Source: Epiperipatus broadwayi
Taxonomy: Eukaryota > Animalia > Onychophora
Assembly: GCA_028023455.1 (NCBI GenBank)
Contig: JAQFVV010000010.1
Span: 2,542,001-2,606,000, forward strand
Length of the DNA: 64,000 nt
Direction: 5' to 3'
Part shown: piece by piece, positions 25,301 through 38,704 of the stretch
How the letters are laid out: each line of letters starts with the position of its first letter
How positions within the stretch are numbered: position 1 is the first letter of the stretch
Made by a program: the position numbers and the translations under genes
The notes under the pieces: generated by a model
Told to the model about the DNA's origin: nothing
The model's input: the letters and a program-made list of their open reading frames with translations, nothing else
The model's database searches: none

Positions 25301-27659
25301 TTAAGAAGTTATTTTACATTCATACCCATCTGACTGATTGATAATATGTAGTCTAAAATGACATAATTGGCATCCTATCAAGTCGAGTTCCAGAAATATT
25401 TTTTTTTTGCTTCAATTATTTAGTTATTTATGGTTATCATAATTTTAAAAGATATATGAATGTTTTTGTTGTAATTAAAATATACCTGATTATCTTCAGC
25501 CTATCACTGAATATAAAACACAGATTCCATTGTTACTTAAGGGAAACAGTTAATAACTTTAATTATCAATCCAATAACAAAGGTTTTGGATCACATATCA
25601 ATTATAATTACAAGTTCAACTTTAGAACATTTGTTACTATGCTGATATGATTAATGTGTTTCATATAAAAAGCCTATTAACTATAAAGCAATTACAAAAA
25701 AACAATGCTCTATTATAAACCTGGTTATAAATAACATGGTTCTAACAGAACTAATCACTACTTCTTCTCAATACTGTCTACAACCATAGCTGAAGCAAAT
25801 TATCAAACTTAAACTGATTATATCTGAATTACATTCATGTTGTAAATACAAAATTGTTTAACTAACTTTTATTTCATTTAAATTATTTTCTCAAACATGG
25901 TAGTTTTTCACAGCTATCATAAAAATATGTTATATTGTTTTCCAGGTTGGGTGATTAAGATTCATTTACCAGTGTTTTTCCAATGTATTATGGTCATTGA
26001 AATATTGTAAAATAGATCTCAATCACTCAGCTTAGAAAATAATCAAATTGCTAGAAAATTTACTTTTTGAAAGTAAAAATAAAAAAAAAATCATTAAGTA
26101 ATAAGAAAAAATGTAAGACAATAAAAGATAAAAAAAAAAAACAGATAATAAAATATTTTTTAAATAAGGAAATTATTTGAGCATCTATTTAATGATTTTA
26201 TGGAGGACAACTCTGCCAAGAAGAGAGAAGTGAATCCTAAACTTTTGAAATGAAAATGATTCATGGTGTTAGCAAATATGGAAGACTTAAGATACCAATT
26301 TCTGTTTATGTCCTCTATAGAACAATCATCTTTTCATTCAGGAAACAAAATTATTTCAACTTAACATTGAGCGTATATAAAAATCAAAAATAGAGATTCT
26401 TTACAAAATAGTTGATCAGCATAATGTTAATATAATTGTATTTCAGGAGAATCATCATTCTTCTAATAATGTACATCTTAAAATTACTGAATTTTACATT
26501 GATTCTTGACAGAATCCATTCTAAACATAATATAGCTAACTTTGCTTAAAACCAGCTTTTAGTGCGCACATTTTATTGAAGATAGTTTAAACAATACTGC
26601 ATTTATATAGATAATTTTTATATATGCAGTATTTACAAATTTCTCCAATAATACCTTATTCACATCTTTCAATTTTTTTTTACATTATCTGTATTTATGG
26701 AAGATTTTTGTTCCCTTAGTAGCATGCTTTTAGGCATGGAGGATCAAACAGGTTGTCAACTTTTAGAATAGATATCGCTTCAACAAAAAATCACTATTAC
26801 CTGCTGATCTACTTATATTATTGGTCATTTCGCAGATAATCAAGTTAAAACAAGTCTAATCATTCTTGAAATTTATATTTCTACAGCTAAAATTATTCTG
26901 TTCCAAATTGAAGAAAGCTAACTAATTTTTATATTAAATGGTACAATTTTATTGCTTGTTATAAAGGATTATTTCACTGTGTATAGTTTCATTAATATAG
27001 AATAATAAATTTGGATCTCTATCTACATGTATGTCAAGCTTGAAATTACTTTTTTTAACAATTACTTTATTAATATACAATCATAAGACTGGTTGCTTTG
27101 GAGATCATGTGATATTCATGTATCAAATGATTGGATAAGCACAGCAGTTTCAATCAGCTGACCAAACATAATTTTTTTTTTTACTTTTCTCAATTAAGAT
27201 ATGATTTAGAAACTTATTTGCATTATTCTATTTCTGTGCTAAACTACATATGATTCTTTTAATAATAATGGTGATGACAGTAAAATTTAAAGGCATTAAA
27301 ACAATAAGTTGAATTTTTCAAAAATGAAGGTATCTTTAAAATCACAAATGATGACTATCTATTTAAGAAACAATTTAGATTTTAAAAAAATAAATAAATG
27401 CACTATAAATATATGATATATAAAGATCAAATTTTTAATAAAGGAAATTTAAAAAATATATTTATATTTGTTTAAAATGTTTATAAAAAACATTGATAGT
27501 TAACAAGTTGGCTGATAAAAGTAACCTTCAAATACTGCAATCCTCTTGATAATTTAGACTTTAAATGATGAAGAATGATTCACTATTATTCTAGACCATT
27601 GTTAAAAAATGTTATGTAACTTCATCTCACATATAACCTACAAAGTAATAATTACTGAA

Positions 27660-27770
27660 AATAATATATGATGTTAAATCACGAGAGTTGGGAACTTTGT
27701 CATTAGTTTGGAATGCAAGTAATGATTCTTTTGATCATAACATTTTCCCAGTTATAATCCATTTCTTGTA
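27660..27770 (+). mobile_element. Possible BEL/Pao LTR-retrotransposon pol fragment
   Basis: GTLSLVWNASNDSF resembles the Pao KTLGL.WN...D.F motif; short, single motif. Confidence 0.35.
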
Positions 27771-29219
27771 AGATTCTGATTCTACCCTATAACATTTACA
27801 TTATTTGACTTAATTATATAGCAACTTGACTATCAGTGTTGCCCTTGTGAAGACTGAAGAATTTAGATGTTTGACCTCTATATGTGGTGAAGGCAGTTGT
27901 CATTCTTGGAACTAATACTTAATTAAGTTAAATAAACCCCAACAATTTAAATTTTCTTATCACAAGCTTATGAAAGTAACTTCTAACCAGATACTTTTTA
28001 CCATTTTCTAAGGGTTATATCAACTTGCTACATACCAAAAATCATGGCTTCAATAATTTTATTAATTTCCAATATATTTTTTCACATGTACATTATAAGT
28101 GCAGAAAGTTTAATTTTTGTAAATCAAATTGTAATAATTTAAGAAAAAAAAAAATCGTATCAGCTTAAGATTACTCCCTACTTGAGGCTGTTGCTCATGA
28201 ATAATCTTCAGCTGAGTGTCGAATCTCAGATGAAAAGATTTGAGATAAAATTACAAATAGCTTGCACAGTCAGTAACATAGTATGATTAAAGAGCCAGCT
28301 CCTCCCTGCAGTGATAAAGGTCTATAAGAAAAATCTCCAAAAGAAGTGTAGTATATTTTTAAAAAGCTTCTGTATTTCTTACTGACCTAGTTTATACAAT
28401 ATGTTATATATATAAAACTAATCCATTTCATGTATGTGTTAAATATATATTTAAAAAGTACCATTGTTTTGGACATTCAGGTGCTTAAAACTAAAGTGCA
28501 CATTGGGGGGGGGGGGATTTTTTATTGAAAGGGTATTTGCAATATATTACTTCTCAATGGAAAATATTTAAAATGAAGTTTGGCTATTTAATTTCTTACC
28601 TAGATTTGACAGTTTGCTGGAGGCTAAAATTTTTTTGAAGTAAAAAAAAAAATCCTCAAGTAATATTCACAATTTATACATGCAGTATATTTTTGTATTA
28701 CATATATGAATCTCTCTTAAGATATATAAATAAATGTCATTAAATTTTGCATCTTAATGAGGAATCTAGTGTTTATGTTGTAGCTCTAAATATTAAGTTG
28801 CTAGAAAAAATTGCTATAAGGAAATGGCAATCTACCATCAATAATAATCTTGTGTCATTGCTTGGCAACAATATCTTATAATTTGGGTGGTTACATTTGT
28901 GATGATGAACTCAAGAGGTTTCTGGAATGTGAAGCTCAACCTGTCACTTCTGATACTCAAATATCACATGATCTCTCTTAGAAATTAACCATTTGATTAT
29001 TTTGATGCCATATACCTAATCATTCCAGCATCTTGCTGACATATAAGCAAAATAAAATAAAAAAACTTGAAATATTTAGCTAATTTTAATATCGACAATA
29101 CACATATGTTGTACATCCCAGTGAAAGGATAACTGGTTCTCTTTTCAAGCTATTTTTAGTTCTTATCTCTGAATTAATTGGTTATATAATGACATGGTTT
29201 AAATATTCACAAAAATTTT

Positions 29220-29520
29220 AAGGCACTAGCATCTCTGGATCATGAGTTACAATGTGAAATATGGTCATGTGTTTTTGTACCTTAATGAATGTTGGAACAA
29301 TATGCTCCCATTAAATTTTGGTTTACATTGGTAAAACTGCTATTGAAACATTTGAAATGATTCAAACCATGTATGGCGGCAAAGCCATGAGTCACAGTAA
29401 ATGTTTTTAAGTGGTTTGCAAGATTTTGCAATTGCAGGAAATCATTGAAGGGAACTATGAAGGTAGGAATCATACTATCATATTTTATTTTGCAACACTT
29501 GATCCAGTCATGTTGGGACG
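29220..29520 (+). mobile_element. mariner 5' fragment (HTH region)
   Basis: MLEQYAPIKF..., GKTAIETFEMIQTMYGGKAMSHSKCFKWFARF match the mariner N-terminus. Confidence 0.75.
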
Positions 29521-30037
29521 TTAAAATGTTTGTAGTGAATAACTGAACTATCTACTACATAACAGATATATTGATTTAAAGATTATATGACAGTTGTTTT
29601 AAAGACAAACTTTTCATTGAGACACTGTGTATATAAGAAAATATATTCAAAATGCAAATGGAAATGTATGCATTAATATATTGAAACAGATATGTTGTTT
29701 TATATATCCTGAAGTCTTCCCTTCCCCTCATTTTAAATTGGGTTAATTTAAAATAAAACTGATACAGTTTTAGTGAGTGAAATTTAGAAAAATAAATAAA
29801 TAATTGACCGTGATTTAAAATCAATTTTTCATTCATGTTATAAAAACCAAATCTGCGAATTCAAATTTTTTAAGAAAAAAAGAAAATCAATATTTAAAAT
29901 TTACAGTTAAAAATTAAATTACACATTTATTTAATGAATCTTTCACATTAAAAAAAATTTGCTATTTCAAATTAAAATGTTACTGATATAATATATATTT
30001 TTTGGAGCTGAATGTTTTCCAAATTAAAGTGCAGAAA

Positions 30038-30660
30038 TGTTGGGATTAGTTCATCAAGAATGATAGCGTCACTTTTTTGCCTTAGGCAAAAGAAGTTAAC
30101 ACATTTTTGGAAAACATGTTGGTTAGCATGGGCGAGATCAAAGAGGATATTGGAAAATATTGTGGGAAGTAGTAGAGTATAAAAGAGAGGAATCGGTCAA
30201 TTCAAGGCAGTTGATTGATTGTGGTAGTGATTTCTCAGTAAATCGCAGTTTAGTCTTCAGTCATTCTACAAAAAAGAGTTTAGATAATTGAACCAACTAA
30301 GTTTGGAGGCACCATGGCCATTAATTAAAAAAGTGTTGCAGTTAGTAAGAGAAACCCGAAGTTACCACAAAATCGCGATATGAAGAAACAAATTAATTAT
30401 CAATATGGTAAATGTTAAAATATCTGGCTAGTAAGAAAAGTCTTGTTCTCATATCTGGCTAGTAAGAAAAGTCTTGTTCTCCTTCTCATTCCATGGAAGA
30501 AGTCATGAATGTATAAAATATTCAGCCCTAAAAACAAATCTCTTTTTAATGTGAAGATTTTACCAGTGTTAAAACATCAAACATAAAGACCATTACGGAG
30601 ATTTGAAAAGCCAATAAAACTTTAGATAATTATTGAAATGTGTTTAATTAAGATTTACAT
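30038..30660 (+). mobile_element. Solo-LTR-like segment
   Basis: Starts TGTTGGGA and ends TTTACA, with TATAAAA (~30178), AATAAA (~30612), raised GC/CpG and an internal 31-bp tandem duplication (30420-30481). No TSD or primer-binding site found. Confidence 0.3.
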
Positions 30661-32293
30661 AATTGTATCATGATGTAATGATATTACCTATATTTATTTA
30701 CTTATAATGATGAACCTCCATTATAACATGAAGTAGTGGTTTTGACATTTGATATACTTAAAGCTATTTACGAAAATGCAGTGAGAAAAGCATTTTAGGA
30801 AGGGTAAAGTGAATGTAGTTGTAAAATTATTTAAAATAATTAATTCAATAAAATGATAAAATGTTTGTATTAAATTTAGAAACAAATGTCATAATAGGTA
30901 AAACCCAGTGTTTATATGAAAACAGTTATGAACCGAAATAATCTCTTATTAATAGAATAATATAATTGCTACTATTATTCTTAGCATGAAGAAGGTAAAA
31001 CTGAGATAATGTAGTAATGAATATATTTCCTTTCACTGATCTTTCTTTTAACTTGGTAAAGTGATGAAACTTAATGACTCGAATTTAGGCTCTAGAATAA
31101 AGAATATAAAGTAATATGTGTCAAGTTATTAAATCGCAACCTGGTAAATGAAATATAGAAATTATAATATAACGATTAATTTAAAATAGACATACACTGA
31201 TATATATGTATACACCGTAAATGCTTAAAGTTAACAAAATATTTTATTTATGCAAATTTGTTTACTAAAAGGGATGTATATCTATATAAATGAATCGAAT
31301 ACGTGAGTATATTCGGATATAATTATTGACTACTGAATAATTGAATGAAAAGGATTAATTCAAATATAAATCATGCTTGCCAAAGAGGATACTGCAATAG
31401 GGAATTAATGGACATATCTATGAATTATATATATATATATATATGCGCAAATGAGGAGAATGTAAACTTACAGAATGAGAATTTAAATTTGTGGAAGAAT
31501 AAGGGAGATATCCATGATGTACAGACATATATGTAAGTTCCTGCTATATGAATGCTGGCCAAACAGGATCATTGATCAAGTGATGCATGAAATATGAACT
31601 TAGCCTTACTGCGAAGATATACAGGCACATGTATACTCCTGTTATATAAATAATGATGGACACTGTATGAATGTCATCGATGGAACCAAGCATCAGAGAA
31701 GTTACCAATGGAATGGACTAATTGATTCATGGGAAGCTGAACTGCCAATGAATTATAAGAAGGATTTATTATCCAAATTATTTAAATAAATTGTTTTTAC
31801 ATAAAATTAATATATCTTATCAGTTTCATTTCACATCATCCATTTTTCATTGTACTTGTTCACAGGAATCTCATGTTTCCTGAGCTATGTCTGGAATAAC
31901 CTGATCTGGATGAGTAAGGTTGTAGTGAGGTGGAACTAGTGGCATCATTTGGGAACCAAACAGATAAATTTTTAGCTGTTATCAGTCTGTTTAATGCTAC
32001 ATCCTCTGATGAGTAGAAAATATTGTTGTAGGGAATGACATCAGCATTGGATAATGCCAAACATTCTTTCCTTCCTGCAATATGGTCATCAGGAAACAAG
32101 CCAACCACAAGAAGGGTATGGAAACCCCAATCCGGTTACAATATAAAATAGAAATTCATATAATACTATAATACTAGCCAAAACAACAAAATTTTACACC
32201 ATGGTTTTATTTATTAACAAATAGACTTTCTCAGATGAAATTCAACTAACTTTCAACTTATATATATATATAATAAAATAGTTTTCCCATCAT

Positions 32294-32870
32294 TCACTTG
32301 AACAGTGAACTTCCTTTAACATCAAAGGGTGTCTTCATGAAATTGATGGCTTCAGATTCAAAAAATTTTATTTTCAAAATTTCTTTTACTCTTTTCAATT
32401 CACTTTTTTCATGAAAGATAACTTCTACATTGTCAAATAATATTTTATGACCTATCTTCAGTTCATGAAAATACAAAACTGAATTTTGATATCTATTTTT
32501 AACTCTACTTTTATGAACTTTAACTCTTTCATTAAGATTTAATTTACTCTGACCTATATATATATATATCTATTTTATAACTACCTCAGGAATAGATTTG
32601 CAATCAATCGACTGCTTTGAACTATTTAGTTATGAATTTAAATTCAGGCCTTTTTTCCAGGCCACTTTTATACCATCCAATAAAAAACTATTTCTATAAT
32701 TCAACTTATTAATTGATGCTTCACAGGGCAAAGAAATAAATTTATTCACACTATCAATTAAATTTTTATTATTAACCCATTTATAGATATTTTTATTTAA
32801 TATTCGTAATAAATTCATGATTATATCCTAATTCAGTATAGTCAGAAACAAATTGACTTCTCAATATAAC
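32294..32870 (-). mobile_element. Penelope-like element 3' ORF fragment (RT thumb plus GIY-YIG endonuclease)
   Basis: FISLPCEASINK...GIKVAWKK, then YIGQSKLNLNERVKVHKSRVKNRYQNSVLYFHELKIGHKILFDNVEVIFHEKSELKRVKE. This is the PLE GIY-YIG pattern YIGQT...ER..EH...S....H...GH......R..E. Confidence 0.8.
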
Positions 32871-33000
32871 TATTATTTCCAAAATTATTCCATAATTAGA
32901 GAGGACTTGAACCCAGACTTTCAATCTCCCTTCAGTCATTCACTCCACCTTATACAATCAATACACATGACCAGGTACATGTGAAAAAGATAAATGATCT

Positions 33001-33042
33001 CCAATATATATATTTCATGCTGAACCAACATTCATCAGTTTC
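33001..33042 (-). ncRNA. Type-I hammerhead, family 2 (core intact, stem I weakened)
   Basis: Minus strand reads CTGATGA-ATGTTG-GTT-CAGCAT-GAAA-TATATATA-TTGG. Stem II has 6 pairs including one G.U; only 2 stem-I pairs remain. Confidence 0.65.
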
Positions 33043-33511
33043 CGAATTATCATCTCCCACAGATATATATATCATCAATGCTCGATTTATATTAAGATAG
33101 CAAATCTTCAAACTTTAATGAGGCTTCAGTCTTCTCCACTTTCCAACTCTTCAACCATCCATATCATTGAAAATCTGATGATAAACATTCCAATTTTGTT
33201 GTCATATTCTTGTTGACCATAAATCATTCTGACCCCTTATAGGTATTCTGCCCATTCCTCTTTCTGTGTATTTAAGTGGTCCTAAAGTCCTATCTATAAG
33301 GAGTTAGAATGACTTACAGTCACTATGGTTATGACAACAAAATTATAAAACAAAGACTGAACATGCTGTCATCAGATTTTCAATGATACGGATGGCTGAA
33401 AAATTGGAGAGCAGAGAACATTGAAGCCTGTCCATGATAGTTTGAAGATTTGCTATTTTAATATAAACTGGGCACTGATTATATATATATGCATGGGGGA
33501 TATGATCTGGA

Positions 33512-33553
33512 CTAACTGATGAGTGATGGTTCTGCACAAAATACATATATTGG
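33512..33553 (+). ncRNA. Degenerate family-2 hammerhead
   Basis: CTAA-CTGATGA-GTGATG-GTT-CTGCAC-AAAA-TACATATA-TTGG; GAAA is mutated to AAAA. Confidence 0.55.
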
Positions 33554-34399
33554 AAATCATTTATCTTTTTCAAATGTATGTGGTCATGTGTATTGGTTGT
33601 ATAAGATAGAGTGGATGACTGAAAGGAGCTTAAAGCTTAAGTATATACACTATACTGATATTTAAATATATATCAGTGTGAAAATGAAGCATGGATTGTA
33701 GATAGATACCATGACAACTTACCGATCGCAATCCCTGATCTACTGAAAAGGTCACTAAATTGGCTATCCCATACTTATAACCTATGATATGGAGGCCTCA
33801 ACTCATGACCTCTCAATACACTAAAACACATAGCATTAATAATAAGCTCAACAATAGTAATATAAGTTAAACTCTGGGTTATGCATATGAGTAGGAGAAT
33901 TCTCATATTTTCTCTTTTAACAATCTAATTACTCTTAATATTTTAAGCATATGACATAAAAGGGTTATGTTACTTTCAAATCTTCCACTAGCACATTCTC
34001 AAAATACCAAATCTTACAATTACCATGATTATCTTTCTACAATGATCAGATTTAATATAAAGTTCTTTTATTAAATTAATACGTATTCTTTTATTTTTGC
34101 TACATAGCTTTTTCTTCAAATAATTTGATCTTAAATTATATCAATTCCTTCTCAAATAATCTTATAAGTAAATAAATCTCAAAGTTCTTTATGATGAATA
34201 ATCTCATAATCACTAATTTTGTTTTTCTATTTGTTGAAAATAGCAAGAATGTGATCCTAGTAAAATAATAATGGCAGCAACATACGATCTTCCCTTAATA
34301 TAATATTTTATTGAATTAAACAATTATAAAATTTACAATTAACATTAAGCATGAAAAACTATTAAATTTAAAAATAGTGATAGTATACTAGGAAGATAT

Positions 34400-37300
34400 T
34401 CATGGGTAGTGATTTAGTATGAGCTCATGGTCATTTTGAATTCTAAGACCGGCCCAAAATCCCTGCTGACACATCCACACGATAAATGACATTGATTAAT
34501 CTACATGTGGTTGTGATATGACCATTCATTACAAAATTGCAATTTATATCAATATTTAAATTAAATTGTAAATTTCACACAACAATGCTTGATCTAATCA
34601 CGTGACTAAAACTTACAAAGTCACAATTTACATCAATAATTCTAAAATTAAAACGTAACTTTCGTACAACTATGCAATCATAACCATGACTATTCTTTAC
34701 AAAATCACAATTTACATCAATAATTAAAAAATTAAAGTGCAAATTTTGTACAATTATGTTTGATCTAACCATGTGACTAAAACATGCAAAACCACAAATT
34801 TACATCAATAATTGTAAAATTAAAACGCAACTTCATACAACTATGTCATGACCATTTGTTAAAAAATTGTGATTTATATCAGTAATTAAAAAATTAAAAC
34901 ACAAATTTTGTGCAATTATTCTTGATCTAATCACGTGATTAAAACATACAAAGTCATAATTTACATCAATAATTCTAAAATTAAAGTGTAAATCGCAATT
35001 TACATCAATAATTAAAAAATTAAAGGGCAATGCTTGATCATATGTCCAGTCGCTCTTGTGTATTCTAAAATGAATTTATATGAATACCAACAAGTTAAAA
35101 GAAAGAAAAAGATCAAGAGAAATTAACCATAATATTAATTAATTAATCTTTAAACAACATAAACCATATATATAAAGGACAGTTAACATTTTAAGTATTT
35201 ACACACAAGATCAATAAAATCTCTTCTGCTGATTAGCATTTTCCATTCTCACTAATGTTCATCATTAACTACATTCTAACTCAGTCAATATTATTCCTAA
35301 ATCTAGTTCTTTCACTCCCCATTCTTTATTATTTCATTTAATCAGTTTTACACATTTATACAATGTTATCTTTTTCACAAATATTTTAACGTAACATACA
35401 TTTTTAATGTAACATGTATTTGCTAGTTTAATTATTATTTCATAGTTACTTTAAGTAATTATACTTTTGTTGCTCTCTATTTAAAATAATATTTCTATAA
35501 TTAAACTTTACTTCTCCTTTATTTTTCTGGAGTCATTAAATATAGTCTTCCTATCTTATACATTATTAAATTTAATAAATCAATATTTTAAACTAAAATA
35601 TAACAAGCACATGTACAAATAACATAAAATTGGTCATACCAACCTTATAATTTTGAAAACTAAAAGCTTATTAAATACTAATTACATTACAACTTAATAA
35701 GTCCATATTTTTTAACCAAATACAACAAGCACATATACAAATAAAGTAAAATTGATTATATCAACCGTATAATTTTGAAAACTAAAACCTTATTGAATAC
35801 GAGTTGCATTATAACTTAATAAATCCAGAAATTTAACCAAATACAACAAGCACATATACAAATATCATAAAATTGATCAATTCCGAAAAACTAAAAGCTT
35901 ATTAAATACTAATTGTTTCCCACACATTTTTATTTGCACAGCTGTCTTTCCTTTTACTGCAATTAGTTCTTTCACTCTCTATTGTCCATTGTATTAAGCA
36001 ATTTTTCTTTATAATTTTATTTAATCACTTTTACAAATTTGCTCTTTATATATACAATATATTTTAATGTAACATGCATTTGCTAGTTTAATTATCATTT
36101 TACATTTAAAATCCATATTTTTAACCAAATACAACAAGCACATGTACAAATAACATAACATTGGTCATATCAAAAAACTAAAGGCTTATTAAATACGAAT
36201 TACATGGTGATATATGCCCAACAAATTTAGAAATAATATAAAATTGATCATAATAAACCTCATAATTTCAAAAAACTAAAAGCTTATTAAATAATAATTA
36301 TATTACAATATATGCCACAACCATATGAAATAAAGCATATTAATTTTACAATTAGTAGGATTTTTTCTTACCAAAAAGAAAGTTTGATGTTGCATGCTTG
36401 CTTTGTTTCATGTAGTTAGAAATGAAAAAATGGAGATAAATAAAAATAGTGCTGTTCATATTTCATCTCCAGACATGGCCATCAGATCGACACTTGTTCA
36501 CATTAGGTCTTTACGGGCTTTTGAAATTGATACAAATCTATATCTATATACATCTAAGTACCTTTTATTGTCAACAAATGAACATGCAAACATGTTTAAA
36601 GAAAATAATTGCAGATTTTATTATTTCAAAATATTAAGTATTGAAATTACTTTTAATTATCAAGGAGAATTTTGCTAGAATAGGTCTACATTGAAATACA
36701 TACACTAGGATCTCCATGAACAATATTATTTTTACTTATCTCCATTTTTTCTTCTTCTAACTATGTGGAACAAAGCAAGCATGCAACATCTGACTTTCTT
36801 TCTGATAAGAAAAAATCCTATTAATTGTAAAATTAATATGCTTTATTTCATATGGTTATGGCATATTTTGTAATGTAATTTGTATTTACTTAGTATTTTG
36901 AAATAATAAAATTGTAATTATTTATTTGTACTTGTGCTTGTTGTATTTGATTAAAAATATGGATTTATTATGTTTAATAATGTATAAGATAGGAAGCTAT
37001 ATTTAATGACTCCAGAAAAACAAAAGTTAAAGTAAAATTTAATTATAGAAGTGTTGTATAGCAAATGTTACATTAAAATATTTGTGAAAAAAATAACATT
37101 CTATATATAAAGAGAAAATATGTAAAACTGGTTAAATGCAATGATAAAGAAAAATTGCTTAATAGAATGGACAATGGAGAGCAAAAGAACTAATTGAGGT
37201 AAAAGGAAAGATACCTGTGTAAATAAAAATGTATTGGAAATAATTCATCTTTAATAAGCTTTTAGTTTTTTGAAATTATAAGGTTGGTATGATAATATTA

Positions 37301-38704
37301 CATTATTTATACATGTGCTTCTTGTATTTGGTTAAAATTATGGATTTATTATATTTAATAATATATAAGATAGGAAGCCATATTTAATGACTCTAGAAAA
37401 ACAAAAGAGAAGTAAAGTTTACGTATGGAAGTGTTATTTTGAGAGCAGCAAAAGTAGATTGCTTAAAGATAAAGTAAATGTGAAATGATAATTAAACTAT
37501 GAAACATATGTTACATTAAAATATTTATGAAAAAGATAACATTGTATATATAAAGAGCAAATGTGTAAATGAAATGATAAAGAATGGAGAGTGAAAGAAC
37601 TAGATTTAGGCATAATATTGACTGAGTTAGAATATTGTTAATGATGAACATTAGTGAGAATGAAAAATACTAATCAGCAGAAGAGAAGATTATATTGATC
37701 TTGTGTGTAATTACTTAAAATGTTAACTGTCCTTTATATATATAGTTTATGTTGTTTAAAGGTGAATAAATATTAAATAATTATTACTATCATTAATTTC
37801 TCTTGACTTGTTTTTTCTTTCTTTTAACTTGTTGGTAATCATATAAATTCATTTTAGAATAAACAACAGTGATTGGTTATATGATCAAGTATACTTGTAC
37901 AAAATTTGTGCTCTAATTTTTTAATTATTGACGTAAATTGTGATTTTGTAATGAATGGTCATGATTGCATAGTTGTACGAAATTTGCACTTTAATTTAAA
38001 AATTATTGACATAAAGTGTGACTTTGTATAGCTTTAGTCATGTGATTAAATCAAACAATTGTACAAAATTTGTGCTTTATTTTTTTAATTATTGATGTAA
38101 ATTGCAATTTTGTAACGAATGATCATGATTGCATAGTTGTACGAAAGTTGCACTTTAATTTTAGGATTATTGATGTAAATTGTAACTTTGTATGTTTTAG
38201 CCATGTGATTAGATCAAGGACAATTGTATAAAATTTGCATTTTAATTTTTTAATTATTAATGTAAATTGTGATTTTGTAAATGGCCATTATTGCATGGTT
38301 GTACAAAAGTTGCACTTTAGTTTTAGAATTATTGATGTAAATTGTGACTTTGAATGTTTTAGTGACATGATTATATCAAGTATACTTGTACAAAATTTGT
38401 GTTTTAATTTTTTAATTATTGGTGTAAATTGCTATTTTGTAACAAATGTTAGTTGTGCTTGAATTTTAGAATTATTGATGTAAATTGTGACTTTTTATGT
38501 TTTAGTCACATGATTAGATCAAACAAAATTTGCATTTTAATTTTTTAATTATGGATGTAAATTGCAATTTTGCAATGAATGGTCATATTGCGACCATGTG
38601 TAGATTAATCGATGTCATTTATCGCTTGTATGTGTCAGCTGAGGTTTTGGGTGATTCCTAAAATTTTAAATGGCTGTGAGCACATACTAAATTAGTATCC
38701 ATTT
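34400..38704. mobile_element. Foldback-type element: ~2-kb inverted arms with internal tandem subrepeats and a ~255-bp spacer
   Basis: 34400-36460 is the diverged reverse complement of 36716-38704. The outer arms carry ~85-bp alternating subunits; the inner arms carry ~120-bp and ~370-bp repeats. Possible 7-bp TSD AAGATAT/ATGATAT (1 mismatch). No transposase seen. Confidence 0.85.

Larger units (their letters stand above)
32905..33640. repeat. Inverted pair of ~270-bp family-2 hammerhead-bearing repeats
   Basis: ~32905-33185 is the diverged reverse complement of ~33360-33640 (shared CAATACACATGACCA, ATAGCAAATCTTCAAACT, ATCATTGAAAATCTGATGA). Confidence 0.85.

Noticed and set aside
32070-32095. 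Minus-strand CTGATGA as another hammerhead
   Set aside because: No correctly placed GAAA box or stem I/III pairing.
34520-35035. Regular repeats resembling a CRISPR array
   Set aside because: The units are contiguous diverged tandem repeats with no unique spacers, in eukaryotic DNA with no cas genes.
36394-36678. 94-aa ORF spanning the foldback spacer as a transposase remnant
   Set aside because: No THAP, DDE or zinc-finger motif is recognisable, and it begins inside the repeat arm.
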